A DNA stretch of 64,000 nt, taken from contig NC_043006.1 in NCBI RefSeq assembly GCF_006345805.1, positions 20,646,001-20,710,000 of the forward strand. The letters run 5' to 3'. Positions 49,400 to 62,033 of the stretch are shown here, one piece after another (positions within the stretch are counted from its first letter, which is position 1; each line of letters starts with the position of its first letter). Both the position numbers and the translations under genes were made by a program. The stretch comes from Octopus sinensis. Lineage: Eukaryota. The notes beneath the pieces are model-generated. The model was given only the letters and a program-made list of their open reading frames with translations, was not told the origin of the DNA and did no database searches.

Positions 49400-49866
49400 T
49401 GGGTTAAGCTTGCTTGGTGAGGTGGGTGTTTATTGGGCACCTGCGGGATGAAAAACCCAACCCGTCAAAGGGCGGAGGAACTCTTGAGAGTCAACGGCCA
49501 TCCAATAAATGTCTTAAGACTGGATCATGCGCGGGGACATAGAAATAATCGGAGTGAATACCCGATCGCGCAGTTAAACCATTGGGAGTGAAGGACTCCT
49601 AGCCTTTGTAAGGGCATCCTTCGAGGAGAAAGTAACACAGGTAACTGGGATAACTCCGATATAAAACCTGCGGCTCAGTGGTTACCGATGATGTTGACTT
49701 GTTCTTCTTTTCGGATTATGGCTGCTGTTGCTTAGTGGGTGGGATTGACTCAGTGCACAGCCATTCATCACTTTAAAAGAAATCTTCTTGCACAGGCATT
49801 GCACGATAACAACATTGATTAAGTTTCGTGCAATGGCCATACTCGATAACAAGGGGGCAGCCACCA
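49400..49866 (+). mobile_element. Non-coding RTE-related short element with (ATGT)n tail
   Basis: 49818-49862 matches the RTE 3' UTR at 58881-58925 (3 mismatches in 45 bp). The upstream part has no ORF and resembles RTE 5'-UTR-type sequence (inference). Confidence 0.65.
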
Positions 49867-50457
49867 TGTATGTATGTATGTTTGTATGTATATATGTATG
49901 TATATATGTATGTATATATGTATTTATATATGTATGTATTTATATATGTATATATGTGCATGTATGTCTATGTATGTATGTATATGTATGTATATATATG
50001 TATATGTATGTGTATGTATGTGTATGTATATGTATGTGTATGTATATCTATCTATATGTATATGTATGTATATGTATGTATATGTATATGTATGTATATG
50101 TATGTATATGTATGTATATGTATATGTGTGTATATATGTGTGCATATATATAATATATATATATATATGTGTATATATATACGTGTATATATATATGTGT
50201 GTATGTATATATGTGTATGTATATGTGTGTATGTATATGTGTGTATGTATATATGTGTATGTATATATATGTGTTTATATATATATATATTGTATATATA
50301 TATATATGTGTATATATATATATAGTACGTATATATATGCGTGTATATATATATATATATACGTATGTATATATATGCGTATATATATATGTATAGATAT
50401 GCGTATATATATGCATATATATATATATGCGTATATATATATGCATATATATATATT
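49866..50457. repeat. (TATG)/(TA) microsatellite array
   Basis: Direct reading. Confidence 0.95.
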
Positions 50458-50459
50458 GT

Positions 50460-50662
50460 GACCTCGTGTGTACCGTTGGTGATTTTTTTTCCCTCTGTCT
50501 TCCCTTCTCTGGATCTTTCCTTCTCCTATGTTTCCGACGAAGAGCTCCGCTCGAAACGTTAAACCCTCCTTCTTCCCTTCCTTCCTGAGCGTCCAATAAT
50601 ACTATATTTGTTCCACGTCCTCGCGTTGTTGTGTTTTTTGTGCTTTCTTGTTTGGTTAAACT
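50460..50662 (+). mobile_element. Penelope-like terminal module with hammerhead at 50530-50564 (U4C core)
   Basis: GTTT-CCGACGA-A-GAGC-TCC-GCTC-GAAA-CGT-T-AAAC; TA arrays on both sides. Confidence 0.75.
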
Positions 50663-50673
50663 ATATAATATAT

Positions 50674-50740
<67 letters not shown>

Positions 50741-51051
50741 CTTAAACGGGAATATTGCTGACAGTAACTTTGAAGTTTCGGCCAACTATCCCAACGTCCA
50801 CTGTGGCTTAGCTGGCCGAATTTTCGATGTGACTGTCTATAACATCCTGTTTAAGAAGAATAAGTTTAGACTAAACCATTAGATTAATGGAAAATTGTTT
50901 TTATATTATAACTGAATATGAACACACACATTCATGTGGTGCGTGTGTGTGTAATCCGCTTATTAGAATCTGTGTTTGACATCTGTCGCCTGTTTGATGT
51001 ATTTTCTGATATTGAATACCCACTGGATTAAGATTTTTTATAGTAACTTCG

Positions 51052-51091
<40 letters not shown>

Positions 51092-52329
51092 TGTGTGTGT
51101 GTGTGTGTGTGTACTAGGAATCAATAACATAACACGGCTACCCAGCTTTCCTGTTTAAAGTCCTTCGAATAAGCTTCAAGATTTATAGAACCCGTATTAA
51201 CCTCCACTAGTCTTAGAAAATGCCAATGCAAATATACTGTAGAATTGCAACATTTTGATAGATCACGAAATATTTAACCGTGTCAGCCTTTCTGAGGAGT
51301 CTTCGGGATACCTATTTCTTTTTACTACCCACAAGGGGCTGAACATGGTTTTCCCTGTCACTATTTGTGTTTACAATTATGTGCTTCGACTACAGCATTA
51401 GAGCATTTCAGGTCTTATTTTTAGTAATGTAGATGATTTTAACACTCTAGTCATATTTAGTGACAATTATGATTTTACTTTTTGTTAAACATTGCGTACC
51501 GCTCTGTGTTCAGATTGTCCTTGCACAGAGGCCATCCTGACTCCCGTTTGCGCCGTGAACAGGCATTAATCTTCTCTCTTCGCTCCTTTACGCCATTTGG
51601 GCTCAACTCTACTGCCCTCTTCATCTAACCTCCTCCCCTTGCCTCTCTCCCCCTCCCTCCTAATTCCTCCCACCCAACTCTCCTACTTGCCACGATTCCT
51701 ACTTCTCTTCACCCCTACTTCTTTCCCTCTTCTCTCTTACTCTCTTTCTCTCTTCTCTCTTCCTCTCCTACTCTCGTTCTCTCTTCCCTCTTTCTCTCTT
51801 ATTCTCTTTCTCTCTTCTCTTTTACTCTTTCACCCTCTCTTTCTCTCATCTCTCCTCTCTCTCCTCACATACCCACCTTCCCCTTCCCCCATAAGCCCAC
51901 CCCACCCCTACACATTCTTACTCCACCTTCCCTATCCTTCCCATCGCCCATCCTATCCCACACACCCTCTCCCACATACCCCACTCTCTGCCTACCCACA
52001 AACCCCAACTCTACCCCAACCCCCAACCGAACCCACACCCCACCCGTGCTTTCCCCACTCTCGCCTCCCCCATCTCCCAACAACACACGACACCACACTA
52101 CACCATACAACATTACACACCACATCACAACACACCACCCACATACCCATACCCACATTTTCACACCTACACATACATACACGCACACGTCCAGACCACC
52201 AGCCCTCTTTCACACGCACATATATTCTCTCTTACACACACACACACGCACCTTCGTGTTGGGGGTCATCTTTACTTTGTTATCTCCCCTCTCGTGTGTG
52301 ACCATTCTGTCTGGCAGTCGCCATGATGG

Positions 52330-52510
52330 ATCGCTAGCCACTACACACATTTTTTCTCTCCTTGTTTCTTTCTGTGTCCCATTTTTTGTGGGGAAGAGCG
52401 TAGGGTCGAAGCGTAAAAGACTTTTTCTATTCCTGAGCTTTACACTAATACATTTGTTTGTTTTGTACACCATTGTCTTTGTTTTTGTTTTTTTCGTAAA
52501 CTCTCCCTAT
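52330..52510 (+). mobile_element. Degenerate Penelope-like terminal module (11.7-kb family)
   Basis: GAAGAGCGTAGGGTCGAAGCGTAAAAGACTTT..CCTGAGC..ACTAATAC; hammerhead core decayed. Confidence 0.55.
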
Positions 52511-52539
52511 AATATATATATATATAGATATATATATAT

Positions 52540-52571
<32 letters not shown>

Positions 52572-52576
52572 CTAAT

Positions 52577-52621
<45 letters not shown>

Positions 52622-52734
52622 AAACTTATTTGGAAATAGATGCGTGGCGTTCAATCATATAATAATATAAATAACATTTACATACATAATACATACATAC
52701 ATACATATTTACATACATCATATATTATATATAT

Positions 52735-52771
<37 letters not shown>

Positions 52772-53074
52772 GTGCGCGCGTGTGTGTGTCTGTATTGTCA
52801 CACCCGCCGTCGCTTAACAACCGATGCTGGTGTGTTTATGCCCCCGTAACCTAGCGATTCGGCACAAGAACGAAGAAAGAATAAGTACTAAGCTTGCAAA
52901 GAATAAGCCTTGCGGGTCGATTTCACCTTCAGTGCAGTCCCGTAGCATAGCCGCAGTCAAATGACTGAAACAAGCAAAAGAATAAAAGAATACCCCTCGA
53001 AGATTCTAATTCCATATAAACAATATTTAAAAATATAATGTCCTTTTTCTTTTATGATAAACAGATTGGTGATA

Positions 53075-53490
53075 GCAATAATAAACCTCTGAACGAGGTA
53101 TAAACAGTAACTGCACGACAACGTGAGGTATACTAGCCATCTCAATATGGCTAACCACTAAGGGTGGGTGTTACTGTAGCTTTTAGCCCCAGGAGAACAA
53201 CGTCTCCAGCTGGCTTTAGGCACACTTTCTGTGCCCTTATGGTATTAGCAAAGGGAGGTCATCCCTCCCTCGTCAACCTAAGTGATACGCACGGACTAGG
53301 TCAGTACCTAGAAACTGCAGTCCGTGCGTATCACTTAGGTTGACGAGGGAGGGATGACCTCCCTTTGTAAATACCATAAGGGCACAGAAAGTGGGCCTAA
53401 AGCCAGCTGGAGACGTTGTTCTCCTGGGGCTAAAAGCTACAGTAACACCCACCCTTAGTGGTTAGCCATATTGAGATGGCAAGTATACCT
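53075..53490. mobile_element. Fold-back insertion of family F with 13-bp TSD
   Basis: Arms 53124-53297 and 53319-53492; TSD CAGATTGGTGATA at 53062-53074 and 53491-53503. Confidence 0.88.
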
Positions 53491-53657
53491 CAGATTGGTG
53501 ATAATTTTACAAAAATATATCATGAATTGATTCTTCGTCTTAAATCTGCCTTTTTTATATTTTGTATTTTATACTTTTTTATTGCCTGTGAAAGAAAATC
53601 CTTTTCAGAAGAAAATAATACCCTTTCTGATGTAATTAACATCAGAGTAGCTCATGG

Positions 53658-54256
53658 AAGGCGGCGAGCTGGCAGAATCGTTAGCACGCCGGGCGAAATG
53701 AGTAGCCGTATTTCGTCTGCCGTTATGTTCTGAGTTCAAATTCCGCCGAGCTCGACTTTGCCTTTCATCCTTTCGGGGTCGATAAATTAAGTACCAGTTA
53801 CGCACTGGGGTCGATGTAATCGACTTAATCCGTTGTCTGTCTCTTTTTTTGTCGCCTCTGTGTGTAGCCCCTTGTGGGTAGTAAAGAAATAGAAATAGGT
53901 ATTTCGTCTGTCTTTACGTTCTGAGTTCAAATTCCGCCAAGGTCGACTTTGCCTTTCATCCTTCCGGGGTCGATAAATTAAGTACCAGTTACGCACTGGG
54001 GTTGAAATAATCGACTTAATCCGTTTGTCTGTCCTTGTTTGTCCCCTCTGTGTTTAGCCCCTTGTGAGTAGTAAAGAAATAGGTATTTCGTTTCGTCTGC
54101 CGTTACGTTCTAAATTCAAATTCCACCGAGGTCGACTTTGCCTTTGATCCTTTCGTGGTCGATAAATTAAGTAACAGTTGCTTACTGGGGTCGATCTAAT
54201 CGACTGGCCTCCTCCCCAAAAAATTCCGGGCCTTGTTCCTAGAGTAGAAAAGAATA
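53658..54256 (+). mobile_element. SINE family A trimer (A1-A1-alternative tail)
   Basis: Junctions at 53898/53899 and 54082/54083; GCTCATGG at 53650-53657 and 54263-54270. Confidence 0.92.
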
Positions 54257-54519
54257 TTGTATGCTCATGGGAATTCCTCTTTTAGCTGTAATGTAAGTAA
54301 GAGCAAACGAATCTGTTTGCCAGATATATAATATATGGGAAACCTCCCCATCCATCATCCGGCTAATATGATGCTGCTTAGGAAGATTATATTTAAAATT
54401 ACTCCGAGTTCTTACGTCACAGTAAACCTAGAAAATGGTACGACGGACCCGGTTTCTTTAATGCCTTCACCTGCTGGAAGAAAAAAAAAAATGAGCTTGT
54501 AACACTAGGTGTGATTCTA

Positions 54520-54521
54520 CG

Positions 54522-54552
<31 letters not shown>

Positions 54553-54841
54553 GGTGTTGGTGGTGGTGGTGGTGGTGGTGGTGTTATTATTATTGTGCTT
54601 GTAATATTGGTGATGTTGATGATGACGATGACGATGATGATGATGATGATGGTGATGATAATGATCATGACGTGGATGATGGTGATGACGACAACGATCA
54701 TGATGGTGATGACCATAAAAGGATATCGAAAGGATGACGATGACGATGACGGTAATGATGGTAATGCCACTGAGGATGACAACGACGATGACAACATCGA
54801 CACGATGACCAACCCCCCACCCCCCCCACCACCACCACCAC

Positions 54842-54875
<34 letters not shown>

Positions 54876-55008
54876 GCGATGGTGATGGCGATGGTGATGG
54901 TGATGATGATGATGATGGCGATGGTGATGATGATGATGGTGATGGTGATGGTGATGATGATGATGATGAAGATGATGATGATGATGGCGATGGTGATGAT
55001 GATGATGG

Positions 55009-55057
<49 letters not shown>

Positions 55058-55104
55058 GATGATGAAGATGATGATGATGATGGCGATGGTGATGATGATG
55101 AAGG

Positions 55105-55139
<35 letters not shown>

Positions 55140-55170
55140 GTGGTGTTGATGACGACGACGACGACTATCG
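54520..55170. repeat. (GTT)/(GGT)/(GAT)n trinucleotide array
   Basis: Direct reading. Confidence 0.95.
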
Positions 55171-55574
55171 TGATGATTCTACCAAGGAAAATGCCAAGCA
55201 TGCGAGAAGCAAAGTAAACAGACCGCTTGCTGTAAAGATATATACACCCACTCATATATATATATGGATGGCTGCTAGTGTATATTATATTTGTGTAACT
55301 ATCAAGTACAAATCTTTTTCACACGTATACACTAACATACATACAGACAGTCAGACACACACACTGTATGTATGTGTAAATATATATATATATATATATG
55401 TAATCAAAATAAGCAGCAAGAATGACTCCGGTATTTTGGTACGATCGTTTCGTACTACATCATTTTATTAAATGTTGTAAGTATGTTGTAATCACCTCAC
55501 GGACGTTTATGGATAACATCATACAAAATTCTGGTGCATCTAAATTAAGTACCATATTCATTTGAATCTAAATA

Positions 55575-55719
<145 letters not shown>

Positions 55720-55721
55720 AT

Positions 55722-55755
<34 letters not shown>

Positions 55756-55768
55756 CATATATATATAC

Positions 55769-55799
<31 letters not shown>

Positions 55800-55842
55800 C
55801 ATACACATGCATACATACATACATACTACATACATACATACA

Positions 55843-55873
<31 letters not shown>

Positions 55874-55959
55874 GTTAATATATATTATCATTAATTTCAT
55901 ATATATTATTATTAACTTCAACATGTTAAACCGTTAATCCCTACACATTTTTACTCTCT

Positions 55960-56127
55960 CTGTTTTTTTTCTTTCTCTCCCTATTTTCTCTCCCTATTCA
56001 TCCTTTTCTGTCGAAGAGCGTAGACTCGAAATGTCAGGGACTTTTCCATTCTTCCCGAATGTCAAACTAATACACTTGCTGGGTGTTCCTTCACCTGTTT
56101 CCGTCTTTTGTTTTCTGAAAATTTGAA

Positions 56128-56130
<3 letters not shown>
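55960..56130 (+). mobile_element. Penelope-like terminal module (11.7-kb family) with decayed hammerhead at 56002-56040
   Basis: CTGTCGAAGAGCGTAGACTCGAAATGTCAGGGACTTT..CCCGAATGTCAAACTAATACAC. Confidence 0.6.
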
Positions 56131-56214
<84 letters not shown>

Positions 56215-56228
56215 TACACACGTATATG

Positions 56229-56264
<36 letters not shown>

Positions 56265-56265
<1 letters not shown>

Positions 56266-57384
56266 AGAGTGTCTCAAAAGTCGCTGATAGGTCTCAATTT
56301 TTAATAACTTTCTTAACTTTACAAATAAATGCATGAAATTTTGATACAATATAAAGGATGTAATAAAAATTACTATGCACAAGTCAAATTTTGCAACACC
56401 TCTACATCACATAGGAAAAATGACATCACTTTAATGGGAGCCATTTTCGGCTTCGCACACCCGTGCTCTTTCCAAAACTTGCACCATAACACTCTCAAGA
56501 GTTTCAAACCCCACTTCTCTGATTTCTCTATTGATGTTCTCCATCATTTGCACCAGGGTCTCCGGTTTGTTGATGTAAACCCTCTTTCAGGTATCCCCAC
56601 AGGAAAAACTCTGGGTTAGTCAAGTCTGGGGTTTGAGAAGGCCAGTTGACATTGCCGTAGCGGGAGATTATTCTCTCTCCAAAGCACTGTCGTAGCAAAT
56701 GCATTATTTCTCTTGTGGTATGAGCAGTTGCCCAATCTTGATGGAAACATGTGTGACGTCTACTTTGAATGGCCTTCACGTTCCCCAGACTTGACTAGCC
56801 CGGCTTTTTTCTTGTGGGGATACCTGAAAGAGAGTGTTTACGTCAACAAACTGGAGACCCAGGTACAACTGAAGGAGAATAATTGTTTCTTTATTGCCCA
56901 CAAGGGGGTAAACATAGAGGGGATAAACAAGGACAGACAAACGGATTAAGTCGATTATATCGACCCCAGTGCGTAACTGGTACTTAATTTATCGACCCCG
57001 AAAGGATGAAAGGCAAAGTCGACCTCGGCGGAATTTGAACTCAGAACGCAACGACAGACGCAATACCGCTAAGTATTTCGCCAGGTGTGCTAACGTTTCT
57101 GCCAGCTCGCCGACTTCTGAAGGAGAATATCAATAAAGAAATCAGTGAACTGGGGGTGTTATGGTGCAAGTTTTGGAAAGAGCACGGGCGTGCGAAGCCG
57201 AAAATGGCTGTCATTTAAGCGATGTCATTTTTCATATGTGATGTAGTGGTGTTGCAAAAATTTGACTTGTGCATATTAATTTCCATTATGTAGTTTATAT
57301 TGTATCAAAATTTCATGCATTTATTTGTAAAGTTAAGGAAGTTATTAAAAATTGAGACTCATCAGGGACCTTTGGGACACCCTG
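56265..57384. mobile_element. Tc1/mariner-derived fold-back of two inverted transposase 3' ends
   Basis: Ends CAGAGTGTCTCAAAAG and CTTTGGGACACCCTG. Minus strand reads HQDWATAHT..WPSQTPDLT..FFLWGYLK; plus strand reads WPSRSPDLT..FFLWGYLKESVY. Confidence 0.88.
56882..57116 (-). mobile_element. SINE family A inserted in the fold-back
   Basis: TSD CTGAAGGAGAATA at 56869-56881 and 57117-57129. Confidence 0.92.
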
Positions 57385-57419
57385 CATGTATGTATGTATG
57401 TATGTATGTATGTATGTAC

Positions 57420-57489
<70 letters not shown>

Positions 57490-57750
57490 GAGCGATACAT
57501 ACACATATATGTATATGTGTGTATATATATACATATATTATTCTTTAATTTGTTTCAGTCATTTGACTGCGGCCATGATGGAGCACCGCCTTTAGTCGAG
57601 CAAATCGACCCCAGGATTTATTCATTGTAAGCCTAGTATTTATACTATGTGTCTCTTTAGACGAACCGCTAAGTTACGGGGACGTAAACACACCAACATC
57701 ACTGGTCAATCGATGTTGTTGGTGGGGGGGGGGACACAGACACACACATA

Positions 57751-58396
57751 CAGCCTTAGCCAAAAATATTAGACCACCCCAATGTTTTGAGGTTCTGCTA
57801 TCTCAATGTTAATGAAACTCGTGCACATGGTAGATTATGGTATATTTCACAATTTACATTAGTTTTAAAATCTGGTTGACCCTCCTTTAGCATCAATTAC
57901 TGCTTTTATACGGTTAGGCATTGAATCAACTAGTTTCTTGCAGGTTCTAGGCGCAATTTTACTCCATTCTTCTTTCAAATGTTGGTACAAATGCTCTTTA
58001 GTTTTAATTGTTGTGTTCCTGATAGCTTCACCAAGAGTTCCCCATAGGTGTTCAATCGGATTTAGATCGGGACTTTGAGCTGGCCAGTTCATGGGAACAA
58101 TACCCTGTGTCTCAAACCATTGATGAGTATTCTTTGTTGTATGACCAAAGCTGTATATAACTCTGTTTTTCGACACTCCTGGATGCAATTTAGCAATTGA
58201 TGGCTTTAAAACATCTGATAACATAGAAACATAGGTAGCTGAATATATCTTTCCCTGACCTAAAAATATTTCTCCGGGTCCTGTGGCAGACATGCAGGCC
58301 CACATCAGGATAGAATTACTCCTGTGTTTTATGGGTGGTACCAGACATTCAACGTTAAATGCTTCCCCAACTCTGCGATGCACGAAAGTCGCACGA
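57751..58396 (-). mobile_element. Tc1 transposon 3' remnant
   Basis: WPAQSPDLNPIEHLW..LVDSMPNRIKAVIDAKGGSTRF, stop at 57865. TA|CAG terminus at 57749-57753. The second catalytic Asp region (QDN) is deleted. Confidence 0.9.
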
Positions 58397-58983
58397 CATG
58401 TACCAGAAAGCTGAGGAAAAACATGGAAAATAATATGTATGTTGTGCATGAGGGGACAGCCACGTTTGAGAAATCTCGAGTTGCACATGAAAAGGTAAGG
58501 AGGGATGTCAGGAAGGGCATCGCTGTTACACTTCCAGAAGGGAAGGGTCTTCCTTTGATTCTGACATGCAATGTCTGTGCAAGACCCTGCCTCAGTAAAG
58601 CTGGACTCAAGAGTCATCTTCGTAGTCATAAAGCGAGACAGATGAATGACAACCTGGCCACTGGTGGTGGTGTAACACACCATACTAATCATATCTGTCG
58701 GGCATGTGGAAGAGAGTGTAATTCGGCAGGAGGACTTAAACGACATGCAAAGGTACACGAAGCCCAGTTACAACTACAGCCGGCTATTACCGGTAAAGGT
58801 TTTAGTTGCCAATTCTGTACAAGACATTGTAGATCTTTAGCTGGGCTAAAAAGTGACATTCGATCACAGCACCAGTAACAATTAAGCTTCGTGCAATGGC
58901 CATATTCGATAACGAGGGGGCAGCCATAATGTATGTATGTATGTATGTATGTATGTATGTATGTATGTATGTATGTATGTATG
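58397..58983 (+). mobile_element. RTE/BovB-like LINE 3' end with three C2H2-type fingers and (TATG)n tail
   Basis: GTATFEKSR..KVRRDVRK, then CNVC..HLRSH, CRAC..HAKVH and CQFC..DIRSQH; stop at 58876-58878. Confidence 0.8.
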
Positions 58984-59593
58984 TGCGCACGCACGCACGC
59001 AGGCACACATAAAGGGGACACAAATGGGGTTTCAAATTTACGACAGCTGTTTCGGTAGAATTTTATTGCTGTGTTCATAGATTACATCATAACATATAAT
59101 TGACATATCTTAAACAGGTATCAAACACGTTTTAAAAAGGTAGAAAACCTGAGTAATTCCGATGTTCTACTCAATCTTTGGTGGCGGCTGTCTGTACTCT
59201 TGAATTAGAGTTTGGGATCACACACACACATATATTATATGAGAGTATATGCCCCTAGGTGAATTTCTGCATTCTGTGATCACATACAAAATTGCTGATC
59301 TTCAGACAGTGTTGGCAGTTGTCATTTTGGCTGTCAACAAAATCGTCCAATAGCTCTGCACATTTGAAGACAAGTGAATTCAAAATGCTTTTGCAAAACA
59401 CATGTAAGAGTTAGTTGCAGGAAATGTATCTGGTTTTAAAAGAAAATAGACATAAAAAGAATGAAGAATATATATTTGTGCACGTGTATGTTTATATATA
59501 TGGCTGTGTAATGATTGTATTGTTTTTTTTTTCTCGAATATATCATGTTTTGCATATATACAACGAGTGAAGACATTATTTACCAGAACATTC

Positions 59594-60014
59594 GGATCTT
59601 TTCGGTTTGAACGGCAGTTTTTTCTAGCGGTGTCATATGAAATTGTCACCGATAATTATGACCCTAGTATCGATCTATTGCATTTCAATCTGTTTTAGGG
59701 TTAGGGTTAGGGTGAGGGGAAGGGTATCTTTTTTTCTTCAGAAATGTAAATAAACCCAATCTGTTTCTTAAACGAGGGACATATTTATACGGCACAGAAT
59801 ATTTTTTTACCTCAATAGATGTCATTGATTGGTTGAAATTGCAGAAATTGAAGGAAAAAAAACCCAACAAATATCTTACAAACTATAGAATTTTCTCAAT
59901 AAAGCCAAAAGAAAAAGATGTTTTATAAACACAGTCTACCAGTATACGAAGTTGAAAAGTGTTTAGTTACGTGGAAATTATTTTAAAAAACTGCCAGTCA
60001 AACCGAAAAGATCC
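59594..60014 (+). mobile_element. GGATC-TIR MITE copy
   Basis: Colinear with 15771-16199. Confidence 0.9.
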
Positions 60015-60513
60015 TGAAAGCTTACCATAACGTTTAATCTAATTTTTTTATGGGCATATATGGGTTAAATTACTTTACACTTGTTCAGCTCTGGCTTTTT
60101 TTACGAAAGGGCCATTCGTAATTATCTCCCTTGCTATTATTAAACGAAAGACCAGTTATTCTCAAAGGGAGGTAAATCAGAGTCAGTAGCTTCAAACAGA
60201 TCGATGGGAGATAACTCGAAACATATTAAGGTGACTAGTACTGCATTATTAATGAAAATTTATAGCCAACCATAAGATCAGCAGTTCGTTTCCTCTTCGC
60301 TCCATGGTCTCTACATAGCGCTATTTAGATTAGGCTACAATCCAAGTCGCTGTATGTAGGGACCGTGGGAAACATACGCTTCTTGCTACGAGACTATACG
60401 GCACTAAAATATAGTCAACTTCAGGTAGTTACCAAAATAGGATATAGTCCACTCCAAGTAGTAGTACCACTGTGAAGTACAGTCATGCCAAGCAGGTATT
60501 ACAGTGAAATATA

Positions 60514-60734
60514 TATTTCTTCACTAACCACAAGGGCCTAAACATAGAGGGGACAAACAAGGACAGACAAACGGATTAAGTCGATTACATCGACCCCAGT
60601 GCGAAACTGGTACTTTTTTAATCGACCCCGAAAGGATGAAAGGCAAAGTCGACCTCGGCGGAATTTGAACTCAGAACGTAGCAGTAGGCGAAATACCGCT
60701 AAGCATTTCACCCGGCGTGCTAACGTTTCTGCCA
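60514..60734 (-). mobile_element. SINE family A, 5'-truncated
   Basis: Match to A consensus. Confidence 0.9.
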
Positions 60735-61383
60735 AAGAAAAGGTAAAGAGATATAGAGGAGAATATAAAGTGATGAAGAAGGAGAAGGAAGAGAAATAGA
60801 GAAAGATAGATAGATAAAGAGAGAGAGAGAGTAGTGCTGCTAGTACCACAGTGAAGTACAGTCATGCCAAGCAGGTATTACAGTGAAATATAGTTTATAC
60901 TGAACTGTATCATAGTATGGTACAACTTAACCCCAGCTTTAAGTTTTACTTTAGTATGTTACAGTCCACTCCATATGTTAAGTAAAACAACGAGGCACAA
61001 TCCATCCAAGCGGGTACACCATTGAGGTACACTCCAACCCATGTAGTTACCAGAGTGAATTGTAATGCAATTGAAGTAGTGCTGCCGTGAGATAGGGTTA
61101 GGGTTAGTGCATCTCAAATAGGGTGCACAGTTAGGTACATTCCACCCCATGTAGTACCATATCGAGGATACTGTTCCTTCTGCTGCAAAGTTATATACAC
61201 CCGACTGCTGTCTGGTATATATAACTCACAAGTGATCACGTGGTTTGCAGCATTGAGTTCAATTTCTACCTGAGGAAATGTTATCCGAAGTAGATCCAGC
61301 TCTTTTTACGAATTACTAGAGATGGGGGAGAGAGAGAGATGGAGGAGAGAAAGTGGGAGAGATAAGGACAGAGAGACAGAGAG

Positions 61384-61444
<61 letters not shown>

Positions 61445-61448
61445 AACC

Positions 61449-61713
61449 TATTTATTTACTACCCACAAGGGGCTAAATATAGAGAGGACAAACAAGGATA
61501 GACAAACGGATTAAGTCGATTATATCGACCCCAGTGCGTAACTGGTACTTATTTAATCGACCCCGAAAGGATGAAAGGCAAAGTCGACCTCGGCGGAATT
61601 TGAACTCAGAACGTAGCGGCAGACGAAATACCTATTTATTTACTACCCACAAGGGGCTAAACACAGAGGGGACAAACAAGGACAGACAAACGGATTAAGT
61701 CGATTATATCGAC
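61449..61713 (-). mobile_element. SINE family A partial dimer
   Basis: Same junction on the minus strand near 61632. Confidence 0.9.
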
Positions 61714-62033
61714 ACCAGAGAGAAATTTGTGATCTCTTAGAGTAATTTGGTTTGGATTTCTGCAAAATTTCTGTTAAAATTCTACTGAGGTTCGCTCTGA
61801 CATCCATCCCTTCGGGGTCGATAAAGTGGGAGCGATGTATTATTTTCGTTCTCTCCATTTCTCTCAAGAAGTTCTCAGCTGTGGTCAAACCAAATATTAT
61901 GTATGCATGCATGTATGTGTATGTGTGTGTGTGTGCATGTATATGTGAGCGTGTGTGTGCGTACGCGCGTTGACTGGCAGCATTACCCAGGTTCATTAAC
62001 AGCTAAAAGAAAGAGAAAGAAAAATGCATGAAT

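Noticed and set aside
50777-50820. Hairpin TTCGGCCA...TGGCCGAA
   Set aside because: Single short stem with no second copy or recognisable motif.
59250-59430. Possible minus-strand exon after TTTTCTTTTAAAACCAG
   Set aside because: All frames hit stops, and the peptides are unrecognisable.
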